Assembly: GCA_963791505.1 (NCBI GenBank)
Contig: CAWBSV010000084.1
Location: 19,081 to 83,080, forward strand
Direction: 5' to 3'
Length of the DNA stretch: 64,000 nt
Source of the DNA: an uncultured Acidobacteriaceae bacterium
Lineage (GTDB): Bacteria; Acidobacteriota; Terriglobia; Terriglobales; Acidobacteriaceae
Of the stretch, positions 37,224 to 46,664 are shown one piece after another. Below the pieces are notes generated by a model, which had not been told where the DNA came from, searched no databases, and saw only the letters and a list, made by a program, of their open reading frames with translations. The position numbers and the translations under genes are program-made. Every line of letters begins with the position of its first letter. Position 1 is the stretch's first letter.

Positions 37224-38384
37224 TCATGAAGCCTGAAGATCTTGCCCGTGTAATCTGGCTCGCAGCACCTCCCGCATTCTCGCCGGCAAAATCAACTGAG
37301 CAAGTACTCGCAAAGCCATGAATGGGTACAAAGCGAGCGGACAGAGGGAGAAACCACATCTGAACCGCCCTTGTACTACAAATCGAGCTGCGGCTCCCGA
37401 AAGCCGAACCGCGATATCGTGCCTGTTCTCCGGGGATAAATCGCGACTTCCCGCCTTATAACTTGCGGAAGCAAATTGGCAATCTGAGAGCTCGAGCTCA
37501 TAAGGTCTATATGTTGATAACTGTCTCAGTTTTTCGGATGTCGCAATCGCCAGATGCGTTTTTTCATCAGCGGTAAGCTGGCCACCGGCGATCCGAACCA
37601 TTTCCGAGAGCGTAGCCGCTGCTCGATAGTCCTGAATCGCGCCGCGCGGGAATGTTAGGTCGTGACGATTGGACCTGCGGCGTACAGCTGATATTGCGGC
37701 CAGTTGAGAGCTCAGAGCTTGTATGCGGCCATTTGTGATCGATCGGCTAGAAACACTATCCGAGCTCAGGCGATAGTCGCCCAGAACATCATCGAGATTG
37801 ACAAGCTTGCCCCGCTCCTGAAGCCGCCAGTAGAGATCGGCGTCTTCAGCGTGAAACGCATAACGATATCCCCCTATTGCCTCCAGTGCGGCGCGGCGAA
37901 GCATCAGAAATGGATGCAACAGATAGGGCTCGCGCGCGGGCACCCATTTGGGATTCGCGTCACTGAGCGGTGGCAATCGTACAATCTTACCCGTTGTCTC
38001 ACCGGCCGCATCGATATGCCGAAAGGCTCCGGAAACCGCGATAACGTCGGGGTTATTCTCGAGGAAGGCGACCTGCTTGGCCAGCCGATCGGGGGCGGCA
38101 ATATCATCGGCGTCATGGCGCGCGATAAGCGGGGCGTTACACGCTTTCCAGCCCCGGTTGAGGGCATCCACAATACCACTGTTGTCCTGGCGAAGCACGA
38201 TAACCCGAGAATCTGTGGCCGCGATCTTCGCGAGAAGGTTGGGGGTCTCATCGGTCGAGCCGTCATCGACCAGTACAATTCGTATCGCGGAATAGCTTTG
38301 CTTTTGGATGCTGCCCACAGCCTCTTCGAGCGTCGAAGCCGCGTTGTAGATAGGTATAATGACATCGACGTTTGGGCTGGTCAT
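37224..38384 (-). CDS. Family-2 glycosyltransferase with a C-terminal extension
   Basis: 'VDVIIPIYNAASTLEEAVGSIQKQS...IVLVDDGSTDET...HDADD'. Confidence 0.85.
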   Translation of the reverse strand: MTSPNVDVIIPIYNAASTLEEAVGSIQKQSYSAIRIVLVDDGSTDETPNLLAKIAATDSRVIVLRQDNSGIVDALNRGWKACNAPLIARHDADDIAAPDRLAKQVAFLENNPDVIAVSGAFRHIDAAGETTGKIVRLPPLSDANPKWVPAREPYLLHPFLMLRRAALEAIGGYRYAFHAEDADLYWRLQERGKLVNLDDVLGDYRLSSDSVSSRSITNGRIQALSSQLAAISAVRRRSNRHDLTFPRGAIQDYRAAATLSEMVRIAGGQLTADEKTHLAIATSEKLRQLSTYRPYELELSDCQFASASYKAGSRDLSPENRHDIAVRLSGAAARFVVQGRFRCGFSLCPLALYPFMALRVLAQLILPARMREVLRARLHGQDLQAS

Positions 38385-38499
38385 GTGCCACCCTGGCGCG
38401 CGGCAGGCTCAGGAAAATTCGCAGCGATCAACCGCTTGCATCCTCATAATTTGGCGCCAGACGCGGCCCGCCAGAAAAGCTGTGGGGTGCTTGTACGAC

Positions 38500-39168
38500 C
38501 TAGGAAGGCCTGGCAACCAGCGCGAACTGGAAATACGGCATCCAGCGAAAATATCGCGGCGCCAGCCAGAAAGCCACCCGATAGTACCATTTCGGGCGCA
38601 TCGCATTGATGCCGACAATGGCCTCCACTTGGAAGCCATTACGCTCCAACAGCCGAGCGGCGCTTTTCGTCGTGTAGAAGCGAAAATGCGTGCGGTCGAG
38701 AATGCCGCTGTCCTGATATTCCCACTCATTGTGTTTCACAAGGTCGAGAACATTCAACAGAAACTGGACGTTTGGAAGGGACAAAACCAGCCTGCCGTCG
38801 GGCTGCAATATTCGTCTCACCTTTGCCAGGGCCGGCTCCGGCCAAGGCATGTGCTCTAAAACATCGTTCATGGTGACAACGTCGAAATAAGCTTCGGGAA
38901 GCTCACCTGCGCTTTCAAACTGTGTCTGAACGACCCGATCATACCGCGGGACTGCCCTTTGCGCAGCGTCAGCCATCAGCTCCACGCCCCAGGTCTCGCA
39001 TTCCGGATAACGGGCTTTCACCGCTGTGCCGAACAGGCCCTCGCCGCAGCCAACATCAATCAGCCGCCGGGGATTAGGCGGCAGGAACTGCAGCATTTCT
39101 GCCCGATTGTTTGAGTAGTATTCCGGCTTGGGCGGTTCGACGTTCTTGTAAACGCTATCGGGGGTCAT
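38500..39168 (-). CDS. Class I SAM-dependent methyltransferase
   Basis: The start is set at ATG 39168 ('MTPDSVYKN'). '[12 protein letters not shown]', '[12 protein letters not shown]' and '[13 protein letters not shown]' are present. Confidence 0.75.
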   Translation of the reverse strand: MTPDSVYKNVEPPKPEYYSNNRAEMLQFLPPNPRRLIDVGCGEGLFGTAVKARYPECETWGVELMADAAQRAVPRYDRVVQTQFESAGELPEAYFDVVTMNDVLEHMPWPEPALAKVRRILQPDGRLVLSLPNVQFLLNVLDLVKHNEWEYQDSGILDRTHFRFYTTKSAARLLERNGFQVEAIVGINAMRPKWYYRVAFWLAPRYFRWMPYFQFALVARPS

Positions 39169-39299
39169 GATGCGATTCCAAGGGAAGGAAAATACTGCCA
39201 GTTTCGTCACGAATTTCCAGGGAGTTGCCGCTGGCAGCTTTATCGTCCCCGCAATTTCCAAGCGAAGCTTTCGGCACAATTCGCCAAGAAATTCAAAGT

Positions 39300-39721
39300 C
39301 AGGCGCGCCGACCGTCGAATCCTGTGCCGGATCGTGGTTTTGTGGGGCTTCCTACGCGCGCTGGGCCGGGCGGCGCCTGCCGACCGAGTTCGAATGGGAG
39401 GCGGCAGTCGTGGGAGCGCCGACCGAAGGAAACCTGCTGGATTCGGGGGCGTTGCGGCCCATGGCGATCGGAGAAACGGACCGGGGCGCGCAGTTTTTCG
39501 GCGACTGCTGGGAGTGGACGGCGAGCGCTTATCTGGGCTATCCGGGCTTTCAGCCACTTGAAGGAGCGCTAGGCGAATATAACGGCAAATTCATGAGCGG
39601 GCAGATGGTGCTGCGCGGTGGATCGTGTGTGACGCCTGCGCAACATATACGCTCGAGCTATCGCAATTTTTTCCAACCGGAGACGCGCTGGCAGTTTTCG
39701 GGAATACGACTGGCGCGCTAA
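39300..39721 (+). pseudogene. egtB: 5'-truncated ergothioneine sulfoxide synthase gene (C-terminal ~140 codons only)
   Basis: '[26 protein letters not shown]...[19 protein letters not shown]...[45 protein letters not shown]' matches the end of the FGE-sulfatase-like domain of EgtB. The DinB-like N-domain and the first half of the catalytic domain are absent. Confidence 0.7.
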
Positions 39722-39864
39722 CGCATTTTCGAAAGCGTTGACGGGCAACGTAAGCCTCAAGCTGATTCTCCTTGAGAGAATGTTTATTCCTCGTCTACGG
39801 AAAGTCGCACTATTTCGGAAAATGTCTTAGTATTGCACCTTCCCCACGTTGCAATAAAAATCAC

Positions 39865-39883
39865 CCGGTTCTTAAAGAACCGG
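39865..39883. promoter_or_regulatory. Perfect 19-bp palindrome upstream of egtD (candidate operator or hairpin)
   Basis: ccggttctt-a-aagaaccgg has 9-bp perfect arms and lies 28 nt upstream of the egtD ATG. Confidence 0.3.
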
Positions 39884-39911
39884 CCCCACTCTCATTGCAT
39901 CCAACTGAGGC

Positions 39912-40928
39912 ATGACGACCATAGGCTTCCCTGTCACAGCGATTCTCCCTTCCACCTCGTACGCGCAAGTGTCCGGTCAGGTTGCCTCGGCCGTTTTCAA
40001 AGGACTGGCTGCGTCGCACAAAAGTCTTCCTCCCTGGCTCTTTTATGACCAGATTGGCTCATGGCTGTTCGAGCAGATTACCGAGTTGCCTGAGTACTAT
40101 CTGACGCGTACCGAGCGTGCTATTTTTGCAGCTCATTCAGAGGAGATCATCGCGAGCGCCGCGGGAGCCGCGGAGGGTGAGTTGGCGCGGTTGCGGATTG
40201 CCGAACTTGGCGCCGGATCAGCCGATAAAACGCGCCTGTTGTTGAAGGCTGCGTCGGAGCGCCTGGAGCATATCGTCTACGAGCCGATGGATGTGTCGTC
40301 GTCTGCGCTTGAGGCCGCGCGGGCGCGCATCGAGAGCGAGATGCCAGGCATCGAGGTGGCGCCGCAGGTTGTCGACTATATGGAAGAGCTATCTCTCGAA
40401 CCTGCGTTCCCTGGCGAACGACGCCTGGTTCTCTATATCGGATCGAGCATCGGCAACTTCGAGCCACACGAAGCCGCGCTTTTGCTCCGGCGCATCCGCC
40501 ACGCGCTGGCCCCAGGGGATGGATTGCTGATTGGTGTCGACTTGCGCAAAGATGTGGCGACGCTGCTCTCAGCGTATGCCGATTCGGCGGGCGTGACGGC
40601 GGAGTTCAATCTTAATATTCTTGCGCGGCTCAACCGCGAACTTGGCGCGGAGTTCGATCTGCACCAATTCCGGCACATCGCGGTGTGGAACGGGGTCAAG
40701 TCCCGCATTGAAATGCATCTGGAAAGCCGCGCGGACCAGCGGGTGCGCGTGAAGGGCCTGGGGCTTGAGATCGATTTCGCCAAGGGTGAGCGCATCCACA
40801 CGGAAAACAGCTACAAGTACGAGTCGGGGCAGTTGGAAGGGATGCTGACGGAGGCCGGTTTTACGCCTTCAGGCCTCTGGACCGACGAGCAGGGCTGGTT
40901 CGCGGTTTGCCTGGGACAAGTGGAATAA
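39912..40928 (+). CDS. egtD: L-histidine N-alpha-methyltransferase (ergothioneine pathway)
   Basis: 'LPPWLFYDQIGSWLFEQITELPEYYLTRTE', 'ELGAGSADKTRLLL', 'YIGSSIGNF' and 'IHTENSYKY' give EgtD-type motifs over the full length. Confidence 0.85.
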   Translation: MTTIGFPVTAILPSTSYAQVSGQVASAVFKGLAASHKSLPPWLFYDQIGSWLFEQITELPEYYLTRTERAIFAAHSEEIIASAAGAAEGELARLRIAELGAGSADKTRLLLKAASERLEHIVYEPMDVSSSALEAARARIESEMPGIEVAPQVVDYMEELSLEPAFPGERRLVLYIGSSIGNFEPHEAALLLRRIRHALAPGDGLLIGVDLRKDVATLLSAYADSAGVTAEFNLNILARLNRELGAEFDLHQFRHIAVWNGVKSRIEMHLESRADQRVRVKGLGLEIDFAKGERIHTENSYKYESGQLEGMLTEAGFTPSGLWTDEQGWFAVCLGQVE

Positions 40929-40963
40929 CCACTCGCCCCAGGAATCCGAGACAACACCGAGGA

Positions 40964-42179
40964 CTATTTCGGCGCGGGGACCCGTACCAGCAAGATGTCG
41001 TGGCTAGCCAATTCGATCGGCATATCGTCGGTCAGTGTCACGTCTTTCCCAGTCCAAAGATCTTTGGATATCTGCGCTCCGTGCAGTCCGAGCCTTGCCA
41101 GGCTCAGATGAAACGGATGGGTCGAGTAGCGATTGTCGCCCGCGTTCAAAACAGCGATTGCCAGTGCGCCGCCTGCGAGATGGCGGGTCCACACTTCAAC
41201 TTCGCCGTCGGAATAAGCGCGCGTGCCTTGCTTGCCCAGCCGGTCCTGATCGATTGCGATGACGTCTTTGTTAGTCAGAATCGCTTTGATCTCGGGCTTC
41301 ATGTTGGGCAGGTCGTTGCCCGCCAGCAACGGCGCGGCCAGCATAGCCCACATGGAAAAGTGGGAGCGGTTCTCGGCGAGACTCAGTTTGCCGTTGCCGA
41401 CTTCGAGCATGTCGGGATCGTTCCAGTGGCCCGGGCCCGCATACTTCGCCAGCCCGTCCTGCTGTTCCAGGATGGCGTAAATGCGGTCCCAGTTTGGCTC
41501 GATGTCGCCGGTGGTGCGCCACAGATTGCCGCCGAGCGCCGGCGCCCACTCCCAAACCGCGTCCCACCCGTACTGGCAAAGCGAGAAGACAATCGGCCGG
41601 CCCGTTGCCTTCAGCGCCTTGGCCATCTTGTCGTAGGCGGCGATCATCAGCTTCATCTGCGCCGCCTTGTCCTGGGGCTCCTGCTTCATCATCACTTCAG
41701 GAATGAAGCTGCACAGGTCGTACTTCAGATAGTCGATTCCCCACGAGGCATACAACTGCGCGTCCTGTTCCTCATGGCCGAGCGAGCCGGCATAGCCGGC
41801 GCACGTCTTCGGGCCGGGGCCGGAATAAATGCCGATCTTCAGGCCTTTTGAGTGGACATAATCCGCCAGCGCCTTCATGTCAGGAAATTTCTCATTGGTA
41901 TGCAGCACGCCGTTCGCGTCGCGCTCGCCTTCCCACGTGTCGTCGATGTTGACGTAGACGTAGCCCGGCGTCCTTCATGCCCGTGGCGACAATCTGGTCC
42001 GCGGCGCCGCGAATATCTTTGTCGGTCACCTTGCCGAAGAAGAAGTTCCAACTGTTCCATCCCATGGGCGGTGTGGCAGCTACCATTTGGCGCGTCGCGG
42101 CTGCGGTTTGTGCCGGGACCGCGATGGGAAGAGCAACCAGGGCGAGAGCGGCGAGAGTGAATCGAGCGAATGCGTGCAT
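40964..42179 (-). pseudogene. GH27 alpha-galactosidase with one frameshift near the N-terminus
   Basis: The N-terminal ORF 41892..42179 has a signal peptide plus 'PPMGWNSWNFF...ATGMKDAG'. The remainder, ORF 40964..41908, has 'WGIDYLKYDLC'. Restoring 'YVYVNIDDTWEGERDANG' requires removing one G from the run in 'gccgggctac' (minus strand, about 41964-41968). Confidence 0.75.
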
Positions 42180-42285
42180 GTGGGTCCCCCGTGAAAACGA
42201 TTTCAGACGGAATCTTATGCCCCCGCTCTTCGGTCCGGCAACACCATTTCTCTTAAGATGAATTCAGAACCCGGGGGCAGATACC

Positions 42286-42819
42286 ATGACCGCAAAAGAG
42301 GTAGAACTCGCCACGCTCTTCCTTTCGTTTTCGCGCCGCAAGCTTCTTGAGCAATACTGGCCGCGGCTCCGCGCATGCGTTGAACCTCTGACCGAGGAGC
42401 AGGTCTGGTGGCGTCCGAACGAAGCGAGCAACAGCATCGGCAACCTGATTCTGCATCTGAACGGCAACGTGACGCAGTGGCTGGTTGTCTCATTCAACGG
42501 CGAAGCGGACAAGCGCGATCGTCCGGCGGAGTTCGATGCCACGGGCGGGATGACCCCTGCGGCGCTTCTTGAGCGGCTCGGCGCCACCATCGAGGATGCC
42601 GGGCAGGTGCTCGAACGGCTTACAGCCCGCGAACTTGCTGCGCCCTACGAGATCCAGGGTTATCATGTCACCGGCCTTGACGCTGTATACCAGGTGGTCG
42701 AGCACTTCGGCCTGCACTACGGGCAGATCGTTGTGCTCACCAAGATTCTTGCCGGCAAAGATCTTGCCTTCTACAAGGAGCTGAGCCAGACCGGGCGCGC
42801 CTCGGGCGGTGCAGTCTAA
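42286..42819 (+). CDS. DinB-superfamily (DUF1572-like) protein
   Basis: Four-helix-bundle pattern with 'NSIGNLILHLNGNVTQW' and 'VVEHFGLHYGQIV' (His triad positions). Confidence 0.7.
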   Translation: MTAKEVELATLFLSFSRRKLLEQYWPRLRACVEPLTEEQVWWRPNEASNSIGNLILHLNGNVTQWLVVSFNGEADKRDRPAEFDATGGMTPAALLERLGATIEDAGQVLERLTARELAAPYEIQGYHVTGLDAVYQVVEHFGLHYGQIVVLTKILAGKDLAFYKELSQTGRASGGAV

Positions 42820-42892
42820 CCACCTGCGGTGGGGCTAACTGACGCTTGCGCGCCTTGAAGTTCACGGTGTCCCGCTGATTGTCTCGTGGTCT

Positions 42893-43939
42893 CTATTTCA
42901 GCGAACTCATGTCGATCGTGAAGCGGTACTTCACATCCTGCTTGAGCAGCCGCTCGAACGCTTCGTTGATCTTCTGGATGGGGATGACTTCGACGTCGGC
43001 AACAATGTTGTGCTCACCGCAATAGTCGAGCATGGCCTGCGTCTCGGGCATGCCGCCGATCATTGAGCCTGATACCGATTTGCGCCCGCCGATCAGGTTG
43101 AAGGGCGCAAACGAGGGCGACTCCGATGGGAGCCCGACCAGGCACAGCGTTCCATCCTGCTTGAGCAGCGGCAGGTAATCATCGAGCTGGTGCGGGGCGC
43201 TGACGCAGTCAAGAATAAAGTCGAAGCTGGATGCCTGCGCCTTCATTTGAGCGTCGTCGCTGGAGAGAACAACCTCATCCGCGCCTAGCCGCATGGCGCC
43301 TTCCCGCTTCCGCTCGGACGTCGTGAACTGGACCGTATGCGCGCCGAGCGAGTGAGAAAATTTGAGCCCCATGTGCCCCAGCCCGCCAAGTCCTACGATG
43401 CCCACTTTCTTCCCGGGCCCCGCACCCCAGTGGCGCAGAGGCGACCAGGTCGTGATTCCTGCGCACAGCAGCGGGGCAACGGCTGCCAGGTCGAGACTGG
43501 CAGGAACGGTGTGCGCAAAGCGCTCGTCGACAACATAATTGTTGGCGTAGCCACCCATGGTGATCGAGCCGTCGACGCGATCGGGCATGGCGTAGGTCAG
43601 CGTCGCGCCTTCCACGCAGAAGTGCTCTTCGCCGCGATTGCAGGGCGTGCAGTGGCGGCATGAATCGATAATGACGCCGACGGCGGCGATGTCTCCGGTT
43701 TTGAATTTCGAAACACCGCCGCCTGCAGACGTGACGCGCCCGACAATCTCATGACCGGGCACCATGGGATAGATCGAATTGCCCCACTCATTGCGGGCCA
43801 TGTGCAGGTCAGAGTGGCAGACTCCGCAAAACAGCACTTCAATCGTGATCTCTGTTTGACCGGGCTCGCGGCGCGAGAACTGGTGAGGGATGAGCGGGGA
43901 GTGGGCATCGTGTGCGGCATAACCATGGGATGAGGGCAT
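42893..43939 (-). CDS. Zn-dependent NAD(P) alcohol dehydrogenase (cinnamyl-alcohol/YahK-like)
   Basis: 'CGVCHSDLHMARNEWG...PMVPGHEIVG', the structural-Zn Cys cluster 'CRHCTPCNRGEEHFC' and 'GIVGLGGLGHMG'. Confidence 0.85.
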   Translation of the reverse strand: MPSSHGYAAHDAHSPLIPHQFSRREPGQTEITIEVLFCGVCHSDLHMARNEWGNSIYPMVPGHEIVGRVTSAGGGVSKFKTGDIAAVGVIIDSCRHCTPCNRGEEHFCVEGATLTYAMPDRVDGSITMGGYANNYVVDERFAHTVPASLDLAAVAPLLCAGITTWSPLRHWGAGPGKKVGIVGLGGLGHMGLKFSHSLGAHTVQFTTSERKREGAMRLGADEVVLSSDDAQMKAQASSFDFILDCVSAPHQLDDYLPLLKQDGTLCLVGLPSESPSFAPFNLIGGRKSVSGSMIGGMPETQAMLDYCGEHNIVADVEVIPIQKINEAFERLLKQDVKYRFTIDMSSLK

Positions 43940-44063
43940 AAATTCGAATCCTTTCAGGAGAAGAGTCTACAGGACGAGCATGGCCGCGATTGCACGGTGC
44001 GCAGCGCCCGAGTCGCATTGCAGGTGCGGGATTTTTGAATTGCAGGGACCGAGGCTGCTCCCT

Positions 44064-44480
44064 ATGATGAAGAATCGGATGAGCCTTCCGCAGAGCAAAA
44101 TCTTCGACTCCCTGCCGCTCAAGCTCTTGCTTGTGGCGCTGGCGATCGTGTCGGTGATGCTTGCCCTCGCGCCCACCAAGAACCGCGTGGTGGGGATGTA
44201 TGCTTCCGACTCGGATGCCGGGTTGGTGGTTGTGGAGGTGCGCGGGGATGGGACCTACACCCAATATGACCAGACCCAGCCAATTGCGGCCGGCACCTGG
44301 CGGCTGACGCCGAGGTTTCTGGTTTTCAGGAGCCTGGTCCTCGATGGGTCGTATCATTTGCCGGTGAATCTCGACGATCTGCAGCGCGGCAAGGGCAGCA
44401 TGACGTATTCGCTCGGCCACGCCGACGGCGCACTGTGCATGAAGGTCGGCCCGGAGATGAACTGGTGCAAAAAGAAATAG
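44064..44480 (+). CDS. Hypothetical membrane-anchored protein
   Basis: The start is set at 'MMKNRMSLPQSKIFDSLPLKLLLVALAIVSVMLAL'. No family recognised. Confidence 0.4.
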   Translation: MMKNRMSLPQSKIFDSLPLKLLLVALAIVSVMLALAPTKNRVVGMYASDSDAGLVVVEVRGDGTYTQYDQTQPIAAGTWRLTPRFLVFRSLVLDGSYHLPVNLDDLQRGKGSMTYSLGHADGALCMKVGPEMNWCKKK

Positions 44481-44498
44481 GCGATTGAGGCGGTCCGT

Positions 44499-45350
44499 CT
44501 AAGTGCGGCGGCCACACGCCACGCGCGGAATTCCTTGCAGATCAGGAACAAACTCGATTTGCTGGAAGCCCGCATCCTTGAGCAGCGCGCCGACTGCATC
44601 TGACTGGCCTTGTCCGATCTCGAGGATTAGAAACCCGCCTGGGACGAGCGCAGTAAATGCAGCAGGAATCAGGCGCCGGTAGATGGCCAGGCCATCCTCG
44701 CCCGCAAACAGAGCCAGTGCCGGTTCGTGATCGCGAACCTCAACAGCGAGCGAATTGCGGTGTGTTGTTGCGACGTAGGGCGGATTGGAAACCACGAAGT
44801 CAAAGACCTCGCCGGCAACCGGCCCGAGCAGGTCGCCTTGCAGGAACCGGATGCGATCGCGGACTTGTGCGCGCTTGGCATTGTTCTCAGCAACCTTCAG
44901 CGCAGCCCCGGACACATCGATCGCGGTGATTTCCGCTTCTCGCAACTGGCGGGCAAATGAGACAGCAATCGCACCCGATCCGGTCCCGACATCCACAATG
45001 CGCGGGGCGTGGAGGGGCGAGGCCAGCGCGATGACCTTTTCGACCAGATGCTCGGTCTCGGGCCTGGGAATCAAAACATCCGGCGTGACGACAAAGGGCA
45101 AGCCGTAAAATTCTGTCTCGCCAGTGATGTATTGCAGGGGCTCACCGCGGAACCGGCGTTCAAGCAACGCGCGGTAGGAATCGATTTGCCCGGCAGGGAA
45201 TTCATCGCCACGATTCGCCGCGAGCCACGCGTAAGTTTTTTGGAGGACAAAGAGCGCCAACGCGACAGCATCGCGGCCAGCGCGGTCGGGGTGGGTGCTG
45301 CCCGCAAGACGCGATCGTCCCTCAGCGACCAATTCGCCAACGGTCGACAA
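44499..45350 (-). CDS. prmC: Release-factor glutamine N5-methyltransferase
   Basis: 'VDVGTGSGAIA' and 'VSNPPYV', positioned immediately downstream of prfA. Confidence 0.9.
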   Translation of the reverse strand: MSTVGELVAEGRSRLAGSTHPDRAGRDAVALALFVLQKTYAWLAANRGDEFPAGQIDSYRALLERRFRGEPLQYITGETEFYGLPFVVTPDVLIPRPETEHLVEKVIALASPLHAPRIVDVGTGSGAIAVSFARQLREAEITAIDVSGAALKVAENNAKRAQVRDRIRFLQGDLLGPVAGEVFDFVVSNPPYVATTHRNSLAVEVRDHEPALALFAGEDGLAIYRRLIPAAFTALVPGGFLILEIGQGQSDAVGALLKDAGFQQIEFVPDLQGIPRVACGRRT

Positions 45351-45351
45351 C

Positions 45352-46446
45352 TCAGGCTACCTGGGTCGCGCTGCCCCTAAGCTGCTCGGCCTGGTAATGC
45401 GCAACCAGCGCGTCGACGATTGGCTGCAGACGCCCTTCCATGATCAGGTCGAGCTGGTGCAGCGTCAACCCGATGCGGTGATCCGTCAAGCGGTTCTGCG
45501 GGAAGTTGTAAGTCCTGATCTTCTCGCTGCGGTCGCCGCTGCCTACCTGCTGTTTACGCTCCTTGGCGAGCTCGGCGTTCTGCCGTTCCATCTCGACTTC
45601 GTACAGGCGCGAACGCAACACACGCATGCCCTTTTCGCGATTTTTAATTTGCGATTTCTCGTCCTGGCAACTCACCACGGTGTTGGTGGGCAGATGCGTG
45701 ATACGCACGGCGGAGTAGGTGGTGTTGACCGACTGGCCGCCCGGCCCCGACGAACAAAACGTGTCGATGCGGATATCCTTGGCTTCAATCTTGATGTCGA
45801 CTTCCTCGGCTTCAGGAAGCACGGCAACGGTGACAGCCGAAGTGTGCACGCGACCCTGCGTTTCCGTAGCCGGCACGCGCTGCACGCGGTGCACGCCCGA
45901 TTCCCACTTGAGCTGGGAGTACACGCGCTCGCCTTCGATGATGGCGATCACTTCCTTGTAGCCGCCCACGCCCGACTCGGAGAGCGAGAGCAGCTCGATC
46001 TTCCAGCGATGCTGTTCGGCAAACCGCGTGTACATGCGGAAGATTTCCGCGGCGAAAAGCGAAGCCTCATCCCCGCCGGTTCCGGCGCGAATTTCGAGAA
46101 TGACGTTTTTCTCGTCGTTTGGATCCTTGGGCAGCAACAGAAGCCGCAATTCTTCTTCAATGGCGCTCTCGCGCGGCTCGAGGGTGGCAATCTCTTCCTG
46201 CGCCATGGCGCGCAAGTCCGGGTCCGACTCGGCCATCATGGCGCGCGCATCGGCAAGCCCCTGCTGAACCTGTTTGAGTTCGCGATAGCGCTCCACCGGC
46301 GTTTCAATCTCGCGCAGGGCTTTCGCGGTCTTCTGATATTTCTCGTGGTCGTTCAGCACTTCAGGCAGTGAAAACTGCGCCTGCATCTCGTTGTAGCGCT
46401 GTTCCATCTGTTCCAGGCGGTCAATCATGGCATCCTCGTTGGGCAT
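45352..46446 (-). CDS. prfA: Peptide chain release factor 1
   Basis: '[17 protein letters not shown]' (P-x-T tripeptide) and '[12 protein letters not shown]' (GGQ). The start is set at the internal Met preceded by an AGAGGA Shine-Dalgarno sequence. Confidence 0.9.
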   Translation of the reverse strand: MPNEDAMIDRLEQMEQRYNEMQAQFSLPEVLNDHEKYQKTAKALREIETPVERYRELKQVQQGLADARAMMAESDPDLRAMAQEEIATLEPRESAIEEELRLLLLPKDPNDEKNVILEIRAGTGGDEASLFAAEIFRMYTRFAEQHRWKIELLSLSESGVGGYKEVIAIIEGERVYSQLKWESGVHRVQRVPATETQGRVHTSAVTVAVLPEAEEVDIKIEAKDIRIDTFCSSGPGGQSVNTTYSAVRITHLPTNTVVSCQDEKSQIKNREKGMRVLRSRLYEVEMERQNAELAKERKQQVGSGDRSEKIRTYNFPQNRLTDHRIGLTLHQLDLIMEGRLQPIVDALVAHYQAEQLRGSATQVA

Positions 46447-46664
46447 GGCATCCTCTTGTGAGCCCAGGTGAGGCTCGCATTCAACTGTTTGGGGGATTTG
46501 GATCAAGAAGGCGGAAAACGGCTGTAGGCGGCGGGCGCCGCTAGAGGAGAGCCGGGATGGGCTGGTGGAGAACCATACCAGCCTCTATTTTAGCGCGATT
46601 TTGGATAGAAGGCACGCGGCCGCAAGCTGACAGCAGTTACGTCGGTCAGTTGAGCCGTTCTGGT

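Noticed and set aside
39301-39308. A GGCGCGCC (8-bp palindrome, AscI-type site) exactly at the start of egtB homology, which could hint at an engineered junction.
   Set aside because: The same octamer occurs elsewhere (for example near 42793) and is expected several times in 64 kb at this GC content.
39305-39335. A 'GTCGAATCC' word resembling a tRNA T-loop right at the egtB breakpoint, which could be an integration-site remnant.
   Set aside because: The flanks do not form a T-stem or acceptor stem, and the sequence is in frame with the EgtB-like reading frame.
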